The notes beneath the pieces are model-generated. The model saw only the letters and a program-made list of their open reading frames with translations, made no database searches and had not been told where the DNA came from. Shown here piece by piece: positions 19,287-27,673 of a DNA stretch of 42,570 nucleotides (the first letter of the stretch is position 1; each line of letters begins with the position of its first letter). The DNA is from Bacilli bacterium (GTDB lineage: Bacteria; Bacillota_I; Bacilli_A; RF39; UBA660). Both the position numbers and the translations under genes were made by a program. The stretch is taken from positions 1-42,570 of the forward strand of contig JAAWSW010000002.1 of NCBI GenBank assembly GCA_022801735.1, written 5' to 3'.

Positions 19287-20851
19287 TTAGGGTTAGAGGT
19301 ATAAATGTTTCATATAAATTAGATACTGAGGATGAACTTTTAAAAAAGGTTTGTAAGAAACTTAATATTAAAAGAAAAAATATTGACTTTTATGTTATTA
19401 ATAAGAAGTCTTTGGATGCAAGAAAAAAGGATAATATTCATTATGTTTATGAGGTTGATTTATCTTTAGACAATGAGGATGAAATAATAAAATCTAATAT
19501 AAAAGATGTTTTTGTTAAACCAAATGAGGATTATGTTTTTAATATTACTGGGACTAGGGTGTTAGATCATCGTCCAGTTGTTGTTGGTAGTGGTCCTGCA
19601 GGTTTATTTGCTGCGTATATGCTTGCTGAATATGGTTATAGGCCAGTAGTGGTTGAACGCGGAGAAAAAATGGAAGACAGAATAGAAACGGTTAATAAAT
19701 TTTGGGAAACTGGTAGAGTTAATGTTCATTCTAATGTTCAATTTGGTGAAGGTGGTGCAGGTACTTTTTCTGATGGTAAGTTAAATACTTTAGTGAAAGA
19801 TAAAAATTTTAGAATGAAAAAGGCGTTTGAGATTTTTGTTTTAAATGGTGCGCCTGAAGAAATTTTATATTTAAATAAGCCACACATTGGAACTGATATA
19901 TTGAGTGAAGTTGTTGTTAATATGCGAAATAGAATTATCGAAAAGGGTGGAGAATTTAGGTATAATTCTTTGGTTACTAATATAATGCTTAGTAGTGATA
20001 GAATAGAGGGCGTTATTATTAATAATGATAGTAAGATATTGTGTGATGTTCTTGTTTTAGCAATTGGTCATAGTGCCAGAGATACATTCCATATGCTTTA
20101 TGATAGACACATAGAAATGAAACCGAAACCTTTTGCTATTGGTGTTCGTGTGCAGCATCCACAGGAAATGATTAATATGGCTCAATATGGAACTAATGAA
20201 ATAACTGCAGATTATAAACTTACTTATAATAGTAATGGACGTGGTGTTTATACTTTTTGTATGTGTCCAGGTGGATATGTGGTTAATGCTTCCTCAGAGG
20301 AACGAAGACTTGCAGTTAATGGTATGAGTTATCATGATAGAGATAGTGGTAATGCTAATAGTGCAGTTATTGTTACGATTGGTCCAGATGATTTTGGACA
20401 TAATCCTTTTGATGGTGTTAGATTTCAAAGGATTATTGAACAAAAGGCTTATAATGCTTGTAGGGGTAAAATACCTGTTCAATTATTTAAGGATTTTATG
20501 AATGATGAGATTTCTACTGGATTTGGTAGTATTGAACCAAAATTTAAAGGCAATTATGGGTTTGCTAATTTGAATAAAGTTTTACCTAAATATGTTAGTG
20601 CTAGTTTGAAAGAGGGTCTTTTAGCATTTGATAAGAAAATTCCTGGTTTTGCTGGTGATGATGTAATTATTGCAGGTATTGAAAGTAGAACTTCTTCACC
20701 AGTTAGAATTTTACGTGATGAAAGTTGTGTTAGTAATATAATGGGAGTATATCCATGTGGTGAAGGTGCGGGATATGCAGGTGGTATTACAACTTCTGCT
20801 ATGGATGGTATTAAGGTAGCAGAGGCTATTGCGGCTATTTATAAACCATAA
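19283..20851 (+). CDS. FAD-dependent dehydrogenase (COG2509-like).
   Basis: VVVGSGPAGLFAA and FGEGGAGTFSDGKLNT. ATGA overlap with the upstream gene. Confidence 0.8.
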   Translation: MIRVRGINVSYKLDTEDELLKKVCKKLNIKRKNIDFYVINKKSLDARKKDNIHYVYEVDLSLDNEDEIIKSNIKDVFVKPNEDYVFNITGTRVLDHRPVVVGSGPAGLFAAYMLAEYGYRPVVVERGEKMEDRIETVNKFWETGRVNVHSNVQFGEGGAGTFSDGKLNTLVKDKNFRMKKAFEIFVLNGAPEEILYLNKPHIGTDILSEVVVNMRNRIIEKGGEFRYNSLVTNIMLSSDRIEGVIINNDSKILCDVLVLAIGHSARDTFHMLYDRHIEMKPKPFAIGVRVQHPQEMINMAQYGTNEITADYKLTYNSNGRGVYTFCMCPGGYVVNASSEERRLAVNGMSYHDRDSGNANSAVIVTIGPDDFGHNPFDGVRFQRIIEQKAYNACRGKIPVQLFKDFMNDEISTGFGSIEPKFKGNYGFANLNKVLPKYVSASLKEGLLAFDKKIPGFAGDDVIIAGIESRTSSPVRILRDESCVSNIMGVYPCGEGAGYAGGITTSAMDGIKVAEAIAAIYKP

Positions 20852-20858
20852 ATATTAA

Positions 20859-20887
20859 TTGACTATTATTTATATAGTTAGTATAAT
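20859..20887 (+). promoter_or_regulatory. SigA promoter of the paralog C / prepilin operon.
   Basis: TTGACT (20859-20864), 17 nt, TATAAT (20882-20887). Confidence 0.7.
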
Positions 20888-20924
20888 GTAATTATAGTAG
20901 GGAGTAGATAAGGAGTTGTTTTTT

Positions 20925-21809
20925 ATGTCAAAAATTAGTAGGAATAAAAATAAACAAAAAAAATTAATATTAGTATCTGCTTTTAGTTTGCTTTGTATAT
21001 TGAGTGTAGGATATGCAGCCTTCCAGACTGCTTTAAATATAACTGCTAAAGGAAATATTTCAAGTAAGGAAATTGAGTCAAATGATTTAAAAGAATTAGT
21101 AGTGACTAGTGGAGATGGTCTTTACAAAGATACTTATGAAGAAGGAAGATATATTTATAAAGGTGGTAATCCTAATAATTATATAACTTTTAACGATGAA
21201 CTTTGGAGAATTGTTTCTGTTGAAAGTGATGGAACGTTAAAAATAATGAAAAGTAGTATTATTGTTAATTCACAGTGGGATACTGATGGATTAAACAATT
21301 GGGAAAGACCTTCTGATTTAAATACATATTTAAATAGTGATTATTATAATACATTGTCGGAGACTGCAAAGTCACAAATACAAACACATTTGTGGTATGT
21401 AGGTGGGGTACATTTCGATGTTGGAAGTCTTGAAGGGATGATAAATGAAGAAAAATCAGGGACTTGGAATGGCAAAATTGCTATGGTGAGTGTAAGTGAC
21501 TATTATAAAGCAAATAGTAATGTTTCGTTATGTGGTGATTTTGATTCAGAACTTAATAATCGTAATGATGGTTTCTGTAAGACTACAAATTATATGTTTA
21601 CAGCGGAAACTACTACAGATAATTTAGTTTGGATGGTTTCTCCTTGTGCTAAAAATTCAAACTATGTTTGGTTTGTGAATATGGAATTAGGTTATGCTGG
21701 GGTTGATGGAGCGCAACTTAATCATGGCTTGTTACCTGCCGTTTATTTAAAGGCTGATATTAAATTATCTGGTGAGGGAACAGAAACGAATCCATATACA
21801 ATAAATTAA
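20925..21809 (+). CDS. Secreted/surface protein, family paralog C. This is the short form: the signal peptide ending VGYA|AF joins directly to the C-terminal domain.
   Basis: AAGGAG lies 9 nt upstream of ATG 20925. Shared motifs SGDGLYKD..GRYIYKGGNPNNYITFN.ELWRI, WNGKIAMVSVSDY, VWMVSPC and LLPAVYLKADIKLSGEGTETNPYTIN. Confidence 0.82.
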   Translation: MSKISRNKNKQKKLILVSAFSLLCILSVGYAAFQTALNITAKGNISSKEIESNDLKELVVTSGDGLYKDTYEEGRYIYKGGNPNNYITFNDELWRIVSVESDGTLKIMKSSIIVNSQWDTDGLNNWERPSDLNTYLNSDYYNTLSETAKSQIQTHLWYVGGVHFDVGSLEGMINEEKSGTWNGKIAMVSVSDYYKANSNVSLCGDFDSELNNRNDGFCKTTNYMFTAETTTDNLVWMVSPCAKNSNYVWFVNMELGYAGVDGAQLNHGLLPAVYLKADIKLSGEGTETNPYTIN

Positions 21810-21834
21810 GATTTCAATATTGAAGTCTTTTTTG
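21810..21834 (+). terminator. Hairpin plus T-run after paralog C (possibly a partial terminator).
   Basis: gatttcaa / ttgaagtc stem (one G-U pair, very small loop) followed by tttttt. Confidence 0.5.
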
Positions 21835-21857
21835 TTATAATGTTTATGGTGGTATAT

Positions 21858-22352
21858 ATGAAAAAGAAATATTTTATTATATTAATAATTATTATTGTAT
21901 TTGGATTTATATTATTTAATATTTTTAATGGTAAGGGATCTGAAGTTTTATCTTATGGTGGTATTGAGGTTACATATGATGTTCCTGATGAATATAAATT
22001 ATCTTCTAGTACAAGTTTTTCTAAAACTTATATAAATGAAAATAATTATAATGTGCTTCAATATTCTATTTATTTAGCAAATGTTTTGGATACTAAGGAA
22101 ATGGATAAGAATATTGTCTCTGAAATGCGTGACTCAGGTGAATATAAGGACATTAATGATAAAGAATTTGATTTAAGTGTTGATGGAAAGAAGTTAAGTG
22201 GTTATAAGTATAATACTTTAAAAGGTGATGATAAATCATATACTGTAATTGCTTATTATCCTAAGGGTGATTTTACTATTGTTATAAGTTTATCTAGTAC
22301 AGGTGAGTCGCTGTCAACTGATGATATCAAAAATTTGATTATGGTACATTAA
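21858..22352 (+). CDS. Membrane-anchored protein of unknown function.
   Basis: MKKKYFIILIIIIVFGFILFNIF signal anchor. GGTGG SD lies 6 nt upstream of ATG 21858. Confidence 0.6.
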   Translation: MKKKYFIILIIIIVFGFILFNIFNGKGSEVLSYGGIEVTYDVPDEYKLSSSTSFSKTYINENNYNVLQYSIYLANVLDTKEMDKNIVSEMRDSGEYKDINDKEFDLSVDGKKLSGYKYNTLKGDDKSYTVIAYYPKGDFTIVISLSSTGESLSTDDIKNLIMVH

Positions 22353-22398
22353 CTTGACCTTTTTAGTTCTATATTTTATAATTATTATGGTGAATGAT

Positions 22399-22764
22399 AT
22401 GAAAAAAGGATTTACTTTAGTTGAATTATTAGGTGTTATTGTAATATTAGGTATTATTGGGGTTATTACTGTTCCTTTAATTATTAGTGTTGTTAATGAT
22501 AGTAAAGATAATGCGAATGATATACAAGAGGAAACTATTAGAAGAGCGGCTAAGAATTATATTCAATCACATGTATACACTTTACCAGAAGAATGTGAAA
22601 CTGAAAGTGGCTGCATGCTTACAATTAAACAACTTAAAGATGCTGGTTATTTAGAAGAAAAGGATTTGAAGAATTCAAAAACTGATGAGGTTATAGCAGA
22701 TGATATTACTGTAAAGGTATTTAAATCTAATAATAAGTATAAATATGAATATCCAGTAAAATAA
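22399..22764 (+). CDS. Protein with a prepilin-type N-terminal cleavage/methylation domain (ComGC/pseudopilin-like).
   Basis: MKKG|FTLVELLGVIVILGIIGVITVPLI class III signal, with Gly at -1, Phe at +1 and Glu at +5. Start re-called to 22399 (GGTGA SD). Confidence 0.85.
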   Translation: MKKGFTLVELLGVIVILGIIGVITVPLIISVVNDSKDNANDIQEETIRRAAKNYIQSHVYTLPEECETESGCMLTIKQLKDAGYLEEKDLKNSKTDEVIADDITVKVFKSNNKYKYEYPVK

Positions 22765-22790
22765 AACTTTTCAATTTGAAGAGTTTTTTT
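22765..22790 (+). terminator. Intrinsic terminator after the prepilin gene.
   Basis: An 8-bp stem (aacttttc / gaagagtt, one G-U pair) with a 5-nt loop and a T7 run. Confidence 0.7.
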
Positions 22791-22971
22791 GTTGCAAAAA
22801 TCCTAAATTTGCATAAAAAAATAACCCAAAAAGGGAAATTAGTAAATTAAAAGAAGGAATTAGGTATATGAATGCAGTACTATACATATGAAGGTAAAAT
22901 ACCTTCAAAAAGGAATTTCGCAAAAAAAGAATAAAAAGTGGTTTTAGTCACATAGAAAGTGAGGAGAATAA

Positions 22972-23170
22972 ATGACTAAAACTAAATGTACCTGCTAAAA
23001 ATGGTAATGTATTTTATAAAGCGGGCGCTGACGGAATGTTTAAGGCTATATTTGGTGATGAACAAAATAAACTTGAAATTGCCAAAAATATGCTGTTAGA
23101 GGATATTGATATTGAAACAATATCAAAGGTTACCAATTTGTCAAAAGAAGAGATAGAAGGTTTAAAATAA
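22972..23170 (+). pseudogene. Decayed mini-copy of an Rpn-family (PD-(D/E)XK) nuclease/putative transposase gene.
   Basis: SD gaggag plus ATG 22972, then a frameshift. Frame 2 (22985-23170) reads ..VFYKAGADGMFKAIFGDEQNK|LEIAKNMLLEDIDIETISKVTNLSKEEIEGLK*. This is the N-terminal and C-terminal ends of the 40482-41309 protein, without the core of about 215 aa. Confidence 0.6.
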
Positions 23171-23225
23171 CTTTCTGTCTTTTTAAATTTAGTTATACAT
23201 GTTATAATGAATTTGGTGATTACTT

Positions 23226-23951
23226 ATGTTTTATAGTTCAGTGCAAAATAATAAAATTAAAGAATTGGGAAAACTTAATACAAAAAAATATCGTGATAAA
23301 ACAGGATTGTTTTTAGTTGAGGGGGAGCATTTAATTGTTGAGGCTTATAATTCTGGTTATTTAAAAGAGGTTTTATTGCTTGAAGGTAATAGTATATCTT
23401 TAGATGTAAAAGTTAATTATGTATCTGAAAGTGTAATGAAATTTTTATCTTCTTTAGATACACCAACAAATATGATTGGTGTTTGCCATAAAAAAGAAAA
23501 TGAAATTAAAGGTGATAAATTATTAGTTTTAGATGATGTGCAAGATCCTGGTAATTTAGGAACTATTATTAGAAGTTCGGTTGCTTTTAATATAGATACA
23601 ATTATTTTAAGTGAAAAATGTGTGGATATTTATAGTCCTAAAGTTTTAAGAGCCAGTCAAGGTATGGTATTTCATATTAATTTTGTTATTTGTAGTTTGG
23701 CTGAAACTTTGATGATGCTTAAGAATGATGAATACCAAGTTTTGGGAACTAGAGTAACTTCTGGAAATGATTTAAAAAGTCTTGAAAAAAAGAAAAAATT
23801 TGCTATAATAATGGGCAATGAAGGAAACGGGGTTAGACAGACATTACTTGATTTATGTGATGAATACATATATATCAAGATGAATCAAAATTGTGAAAGT
23901 TTAAATGTAGCAGTGGCTACAAGTATTATTTTATATGAGTTAGATAAGTAG
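23226..23951 (+). CDS. TrmH/SpoU-family RNA 2'-O-methyltransferase.
   Basis: Motifs DPGNLGTIIRS, MGNEGNGV and SLNVAVATSI. Confidence 0.88.
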   Translation: MFYSSVQNNKIKELGKLNTKKYRDKTGLFLVEGEHLIVEAYNSGYLKEVLLLEGNSISLDVKVNYVSESVMKFLSSLDTPTNMIGVCHKKENEIKGDKLLVLDDVQDPGNLGTIIRSSVAFNIDTIILSEKCVDIYSPKVLRASQGMVFHINFVICSLAETLMMLKNDEYQVLGTRVTSGNDLKSLEKKKKFAIIMGNEGNGVRQTLLDLCDEYIYIKMNQNCESLNVAVATSIILYELDK

Positions 23952-23959
23952 GTGATAAA

Positions 23960-24427
23960 ATGTTATTTTTAGGTAAATTAGTAAATACTCACGGTATTAA
24001 GGGTGAGGTTCGAATCTTATCTGACTTTAAATATAAGGAATTAGTATTTGAAAAAGGAAAATATTTATATATCGGTGATGATAAATTATTAATTAATTCT
24101 TATAGGGTTCATAAAGGCTATGATATGGTAACGTTTGATGGTATTAATGATATTAATGATGTTTTAAAATATAAGGGTAAAAAAGTTTATATTAAAAAAG
24201 ATGAGTTTGAATTTCCAGGAATATTAAATGAAGATTTAATTGGTGTGAGTGTTTATGCTTCTGATAAGTTAATTGGTAAGGTTAAGGACATTTATAAAAA
24301 TGTAAATCAAGAGTTACTTATTTTAGATAATGGAACGATGATACCTTTTGTAGATGAATTTGTTAAGGGTGTAAGTAAGGAAAGAATAGATATAAATTTA
24401 GTTAAGGGGTTAATAGATGAAGATTGA
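23960..24427 (+). CDS. rimM: 16S rRNA processing protein RimM.
   Basis: [16 protein letters not shown]-terminus. Synteny directly upstream of trmD. Confidence 0.9.
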   Translation: MLFLGKLVNTHGIKGEVRILSDFKYKELVFEKGKYLYIGDDKLLINSYRVHKGYDMVTFDGINDINDVLKYKGKKVYIKKDEFEFPGILNEDLIGVSVYASDKLIGKVKDIYKNVNQELLILDNGTMIPFVDEFVKGVSKERIDINLVKGLIDED

Positions 24428-25085
24428 TATTTTAACGATTTTTCCAAATATGTTTGATGGGTTTGTTAGTGAATCTATTATTAAAAGGGCAATAGATAAG
24501 GGCCTTGTAGAAATTAATGTTCACAATATAAGAGATTATAGTACTGATAAACATAAAAGAGTAGATGATTATGGTTTTGGTGGCGGACAAGGTATGGTTC
24601 TTATGCCACAACCAATATTTGATGCTGTAGAGGTTTTAAAGACAGATGAGTCTAAAGTTATTTTAATGACACCACAAGGAGTACCTTATAAACAAGAATG
24701 TGCTTATGATTTATCTTTAGAAAAACATTTAATTATTATATGTGGTCATTATGAAGGTTTTGATGAAAGAATAAGAACTCTTGCTGATATGGAAATAAGT
24801 ATTGGTGATTATGTGCTTACTGGTGGAGAAATTGCTAGTATGGTAATTACTGATAGTGTTGTTCGTTTGATTGATGGAGTTATCGAAAGAGAGTCACATA
24901 TTAACGATTCCTTTAATAATAATTTATTAGATTATCCAGTATATACAAAACCAGCCAATTTTAGGGGCATGTGTGTTCCTGATGTATTATTATCTGGACA
25001 TCATGCTAATATTGATAAGTTTAGAAAAGAAGAAAGTTTAAAAAGGACTGAGGAGCGAAGACCAGATTTGTTAGAAAAGAGATGA
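24417..25085 (+). CDS. trmD: tRNA (guanine37-N1)-methyltransferase.
   Basis: Motifs [21 protein letters not shown] and GDYVLTGGE. Confidence 0.97.
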   Translation: MKIDILTIFPNMFDGFVSESIIKRAIDKGLVEINVHNIRDYSTDKHKRVDDYGFGGGQGMVLMPQPIFDAVEVLKTDESKVILMTPQGVPYKQECAYDLSLEKHLIIICGHYEGFDERIRTLADMEISIGDYVLTGGEIASMVITDSVVRLIDGVIERESHINDSFNNNLLDYPVYTKPANFRGMCVPDVLLSGHHANIDKFRKEESLKRTEERRPDLLEKR

Positions 25086-25089
25086 TTTT

Positions 25090-25524
25090 ATGAAACGTTA
25101 TATTTGTGAAAAGGAAAGCATGGCATTAGTATCTTGTGATTTTGATGACACAAAAATTAACGGTTTTAAAGTCAAACCTAAAAATAATATAGAATATGAA
25201 GGCATTGAAGTTAGTACACTTACAGTAGTGGAACCTAATTTAATTTCTAATGTTTTAAGAAGAAAGACTAAGAGGAAACTAAATGCTTACTTACAATTTT
25301 TAGTAGATTCTTTTGATGATGATACTTCTTCTGGTGACTTGGCTTTAGTACTTGATGATGTTAAAAGATATAGAGCAATTATTATCAATAAGTATTCTAA
25401 ATTTTTAGATGTTAAATTTATTAAGGAATTATTGCTTCGTGTAACATTTATTGAAGAAGAGTTAAAAATGCGTATGCATGAGTATAATAAGAGTTTAAGT
25501 AGTTATATGGGAAAAGGAAGATGA
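25090..25524 (+). CDS. Hypothetical protein (no family recognised).
   Basis: A 144-aa ORF tightly packed after trmD and followed by a strong terminator. It has a basic patch, RRKTKRK. Confidence 0.5.
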   Translation: MKRYICEKESMALVSCDFDDTKINGFKVKPKNNIEYEGIEVSTLTVVEPNLISNVLRRKTKRKLNAYLQFLVDSFDDDTSSGDLALVLDDVKRYRAIIINKYSKFLDVKFIKELLLRVTFIEEELKMRMHEYNKSLSSYMGKGR

Positions 25525-25552
25525 AAATATGCAATAGCACTTGCATATTTTT
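25525..25552 (+). terminator. Intrinsic terminator.
   Basis: A 10-bp stem (aaatatgcaa / ttgcatattt) with a 6-nt loop and a T-run. Confidence 0.8.
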
Positions 25553-25569
25553 ATTATATATGATACAAT
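25541..25569 (+). promoter_or_regulatory. SigA promoter of rplS.
   Basis: TTGCAT (25541-25546), 17 nt, TGaTACAAT (TACAAT at 25564-25569). Confidence 0.6.
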
Positions 25570-25641
25570 TTTCTATGTCGTGATCCGCTGAGACCTATTA
25601 TATTTACTTATGATCATAGAATAGACAAAGGAGAGATAGAG
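25570..25641 (+). promoter_or_regulatory. rplS 5' UTR, a candidate L19 autoregulatory leader.
   Basis: Position upstream of rplS in a low-GC Gram-positive genome. tctatg (25572-25577) pairs with cataga (25615-25620). I have not verified it against the leader consensus. Confidence 0.3.
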
Positions 25642-25980
25642 ATGAATATTATTGACAAAATTACTAAAAGTCAAATAAGAACTGATTTACCTGAATTCCG
25701 CGTTGGAGATACTGTTAGAGTAAACGTTAGAATTGTTGAAGGTAAAAATGAAAGAATTCAAGCTTTTGAAGGTATCGTAATGGCTATCCAAGGTGGTGGC
25801 GTTAGTAAAACATTTACAGTTAGAAAAATTTCTGGTGGTGTTGGAGTAGAAAGAATTTTCCCATTTAACTCACCAAAAATTGAAAGTCTATCAGTTGTTA
25901 GACATGGTAAAGTAAGAAGAGCTAAATTAAATTATTTACGTACCCTTAAAGGTCAACCAAAAATTAAAGAAAAAATGTAA
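25642..25980 (+). CDS. rplS: 50S ribosomal protein L19.
   Basis: [28 protein letters not shown]...RRAKLNYLR. Confidence 0.98.
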   Translation: MNIIDKITKSQIRTDLPEFRVGDTVRVNVRIVEGKNERIQAFEGIVMAIQGGGVSKTFTVRKISGGVGVERIFPFNSPKIESLSVVRHGKVRRAKLNYLRTLKGQPKIKEKM

Positions 25981-26001
25981 GGCACCTTGCCTTATTTTTT
26001 G
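25979..26001 (+). terminator. Hairpin plus T-run after rplS.
   Basis: aaggca / tgcctt 6-bp stem with a 3-nt loop, followed by attttttg. Confidence 0.5.
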
Positions 26002-26013
26002 TAGGAGGGGCTT

Positions 26014-26538
26014 ATGGAAGAAACTCAAGATAAATCAAAGAAAAATATATTTAAGGAATTATTACCTTATGCAATAATTATTTTAGTTGTAGTTTTGATT
26101 AGAACTTTTATTATTACACCGATTCAAGTAGATGGTTCTTCAATGTATCCTACTTTAGAAGATGGTGAAATTCTTATTTTGAAAAAATATGATAAGTCTT
26201 ATGATAGGTTTGATGTTGTTGTATTTAATTATAATGGTAGTAGACTTATTAAACGTGTTGTTGGATTACCTGGGGAAACTATTGAGTATAAAAATAATAA
26301 ACTTTATGTAAATGGTAAAAAGGTAAGTGAAAACTTTAATAGAAGTTCTGATACCATGGATTTTAAATTAGAAGATATTGAGTGTAAAAAAATTCCTAAG
26401 GGTAAATATTTTGTAATGGGTGACAACAGAAATAATTCAACAGACAGTAGAATTATTGGTTTAGTGGATGAAAAAGATATTAAAGGTTCTACTAATTTAA
26501 GTATTTTTCCATTTGATAAAATAGGAACAATTAATTAG
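26014..26538 (+). CDS. lepB: Signal peptidase I (P-type).
   Basis: Motifs GSSMYPTL, LIKRVVGLPGE and GDNRNNSTDSR. Confidence 0.93.
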   Translation: MEETQDKSKKNIFKELLPYAIIILVVVLIRTFIITPIQVDGSSMYPTLEDGEILILKKYDKSYDRFDVVVFNYNGSRLIKRVVGLPGETIEYKNNKLYVNGKKVSENFNRSSDTMDFKLEDIECKKIPKGKYFVMGDNRNNSTDSRIIGLVDEKDIKGSTNLSIFPFDKIGTIN

Positions 26539-26577
26539 CCATTTAGGCTAATTTTTGTTATAATTAGGTGTAGGTGA
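26529..26577. repeat. Left copy of a perfect 49-bp direct repeat flanking fic.
   Basis: Identical base for base to 27621-27669 (offset 1092). It contains the last 10 nt of lepB, the hairpin ttagcc-attta-ggctaa plus T-run (terminator), a ttataat box and an aggtga SD. Confidence 0.95.
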
Positions 26578-26611
26578 ACGGTTAAAATGAAAAATAGGAC
26601 AGGAGGTATTT

Positions 26612-27592
26612 ATGAGTAATTTTTATGAAATTAAACCGGTTTTTCATATTAGTGATGAGAATATAAAAATGATAAATCGTATTGAAAAAAAATTGTTAAT
26701 GGTTCAAGTACCTGATGATACTAAAAGAAAAAATTTAAAAATAAAGTCAAAAGTAAGATCTATTTATTCTTCACTTGCTATTGAAGCGAATTCTTTATCA
26801 TTAAATTCGGTGTCAAATATTATTGATAATAAATTAGTATTAGGAAATAGAAAAGAAATACAGGAAGTAAAAAATGCAAATGAATTATATGAAAATATTG
26901 GTGAATATAATTATTTAAGTGAACAAGATTTTTTAAAAGCCTATGTTATTATGATGAAATTTTTTGATGATGATAATGGTGGTTATCGTAATCATGGCGA
27001 AGGTGTAAAAAAAGGTGATAAGATTATTTTTATGGCACCTGATTCTTTACTTGTTCCATCTTTAATGAAAGGTTTATTTAAATTTGTAAATGATAACAAG
27101 GATAAATTGCATCCAATAATTTTGTCTTCTATTTTTCATTATTATTTTGTTTTTATACATCCTTTTACTGATGGTAATGGTCGGATGGCTAGATTTTGGG
27201 TAAGTTTAATGTTAACAAATTATAATTCAAAATTTGAGTATATTCCTATAGAGGAAGAAATATATTTGAATCAGAAAGAATATTATGATTCAATATCAAG
27301 TTGTCATACAAATGGAAATGCGAATGAATTTATTAGTTTTATGTTGGAAACGATTGAGAGTGTTATAAATAAAACTACCCAGGAAACTACCCAGAAAGTA
27401 AAATTAAATGACAATCAACAAAAAATAGTTGATTTAATTAATGATAATCCATCTATTACTAGAAATGAACTAGCGGATAAACTTGATATAACTTCTGACG
27501 GTGTAAAGTATAATTTAAGTAAACTTACAAAAAATAATGTTATTGAAAGAATAGGCCCAGATAATGGTGGTTATTGGAAAGTTAATATATAA
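26612..27592 (+). CDS. fic: Fic-family protein (AMPylase-type) with a C-terminal winged-helix domain.
   Basis: Core motif HPFTDGNGRMAR. N-terminal SLAIEAN segment. C-terminal SITRNELADKLDITSDGVKYNLSKL wHTH. Confidence 0.9.
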   Translation: MSNFYEIKPVFHISDENIKMINRIEKKLLMVQVPDDTKRKNLKIKSKVRSIYSSLAIEANSLSLNSVSNIIDNKLVLGNRKEIQEVKNANELYENIGEYNYLSEQDFLKAYVIMMKFFDDDNGGYRNHGEGVKKGDKIIFMAPDSLLVPSLMKGLFKFVNDNKDKLHPIILSSIFHYYFVFIHPFTDGNGRMARFWVSLMLTNYNSKFEYIPIEEEIYLNQKEYYDSISSCHTNGNANEFISFMLETIESVINKTTQETTQKVKLNDNQQKIVDLINDNPSITRNELADKLDITSDGVKYNLSKLTKNNVIERIGPDNGGYWKVNI

Positions 27593-27620
27593 TTAAAAAA
27601 TTAATAAATTTGTTAAAATA

Positions 27621-27669
27621 AATTAATTAGCCATTTAGGCTAATTTTTGTTATAATTAGGTGTAGGTGA
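27621..27669. repeat. Right copy of the perfect 49-bp direct repeat.
   Basis: See 26529-26577. Here the repeat supplies the SD for the GTG start at 27674. Confidence 0.95.
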
Positions 27670-27673
27670 TTTT

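Noticed and set aside
20859-20887. SigH-dependent (competence-type) promoter for the pilin operon.
   Set aside because: The upstream region shows a near-consensus sigma-A -35/-10 pair with 17-nt spacing. No alternative promoter motif could be supported by eye.
22890-22906. 7-bp hairpin gaaggta/taccttc in the spacer upstream of the Rpn remnant.
   Set aside because: There is no flanking T-run or A-run, so it is not a terminator. It is an isolated hairpin with no evident function.
26587-26619. 10-codon uORF (MKNRTGGIYE) overlapping the fic start codon.
   Set aside because: It is too short to distinguish from chance in AT-rich sequence, and I have no conservation evidence.
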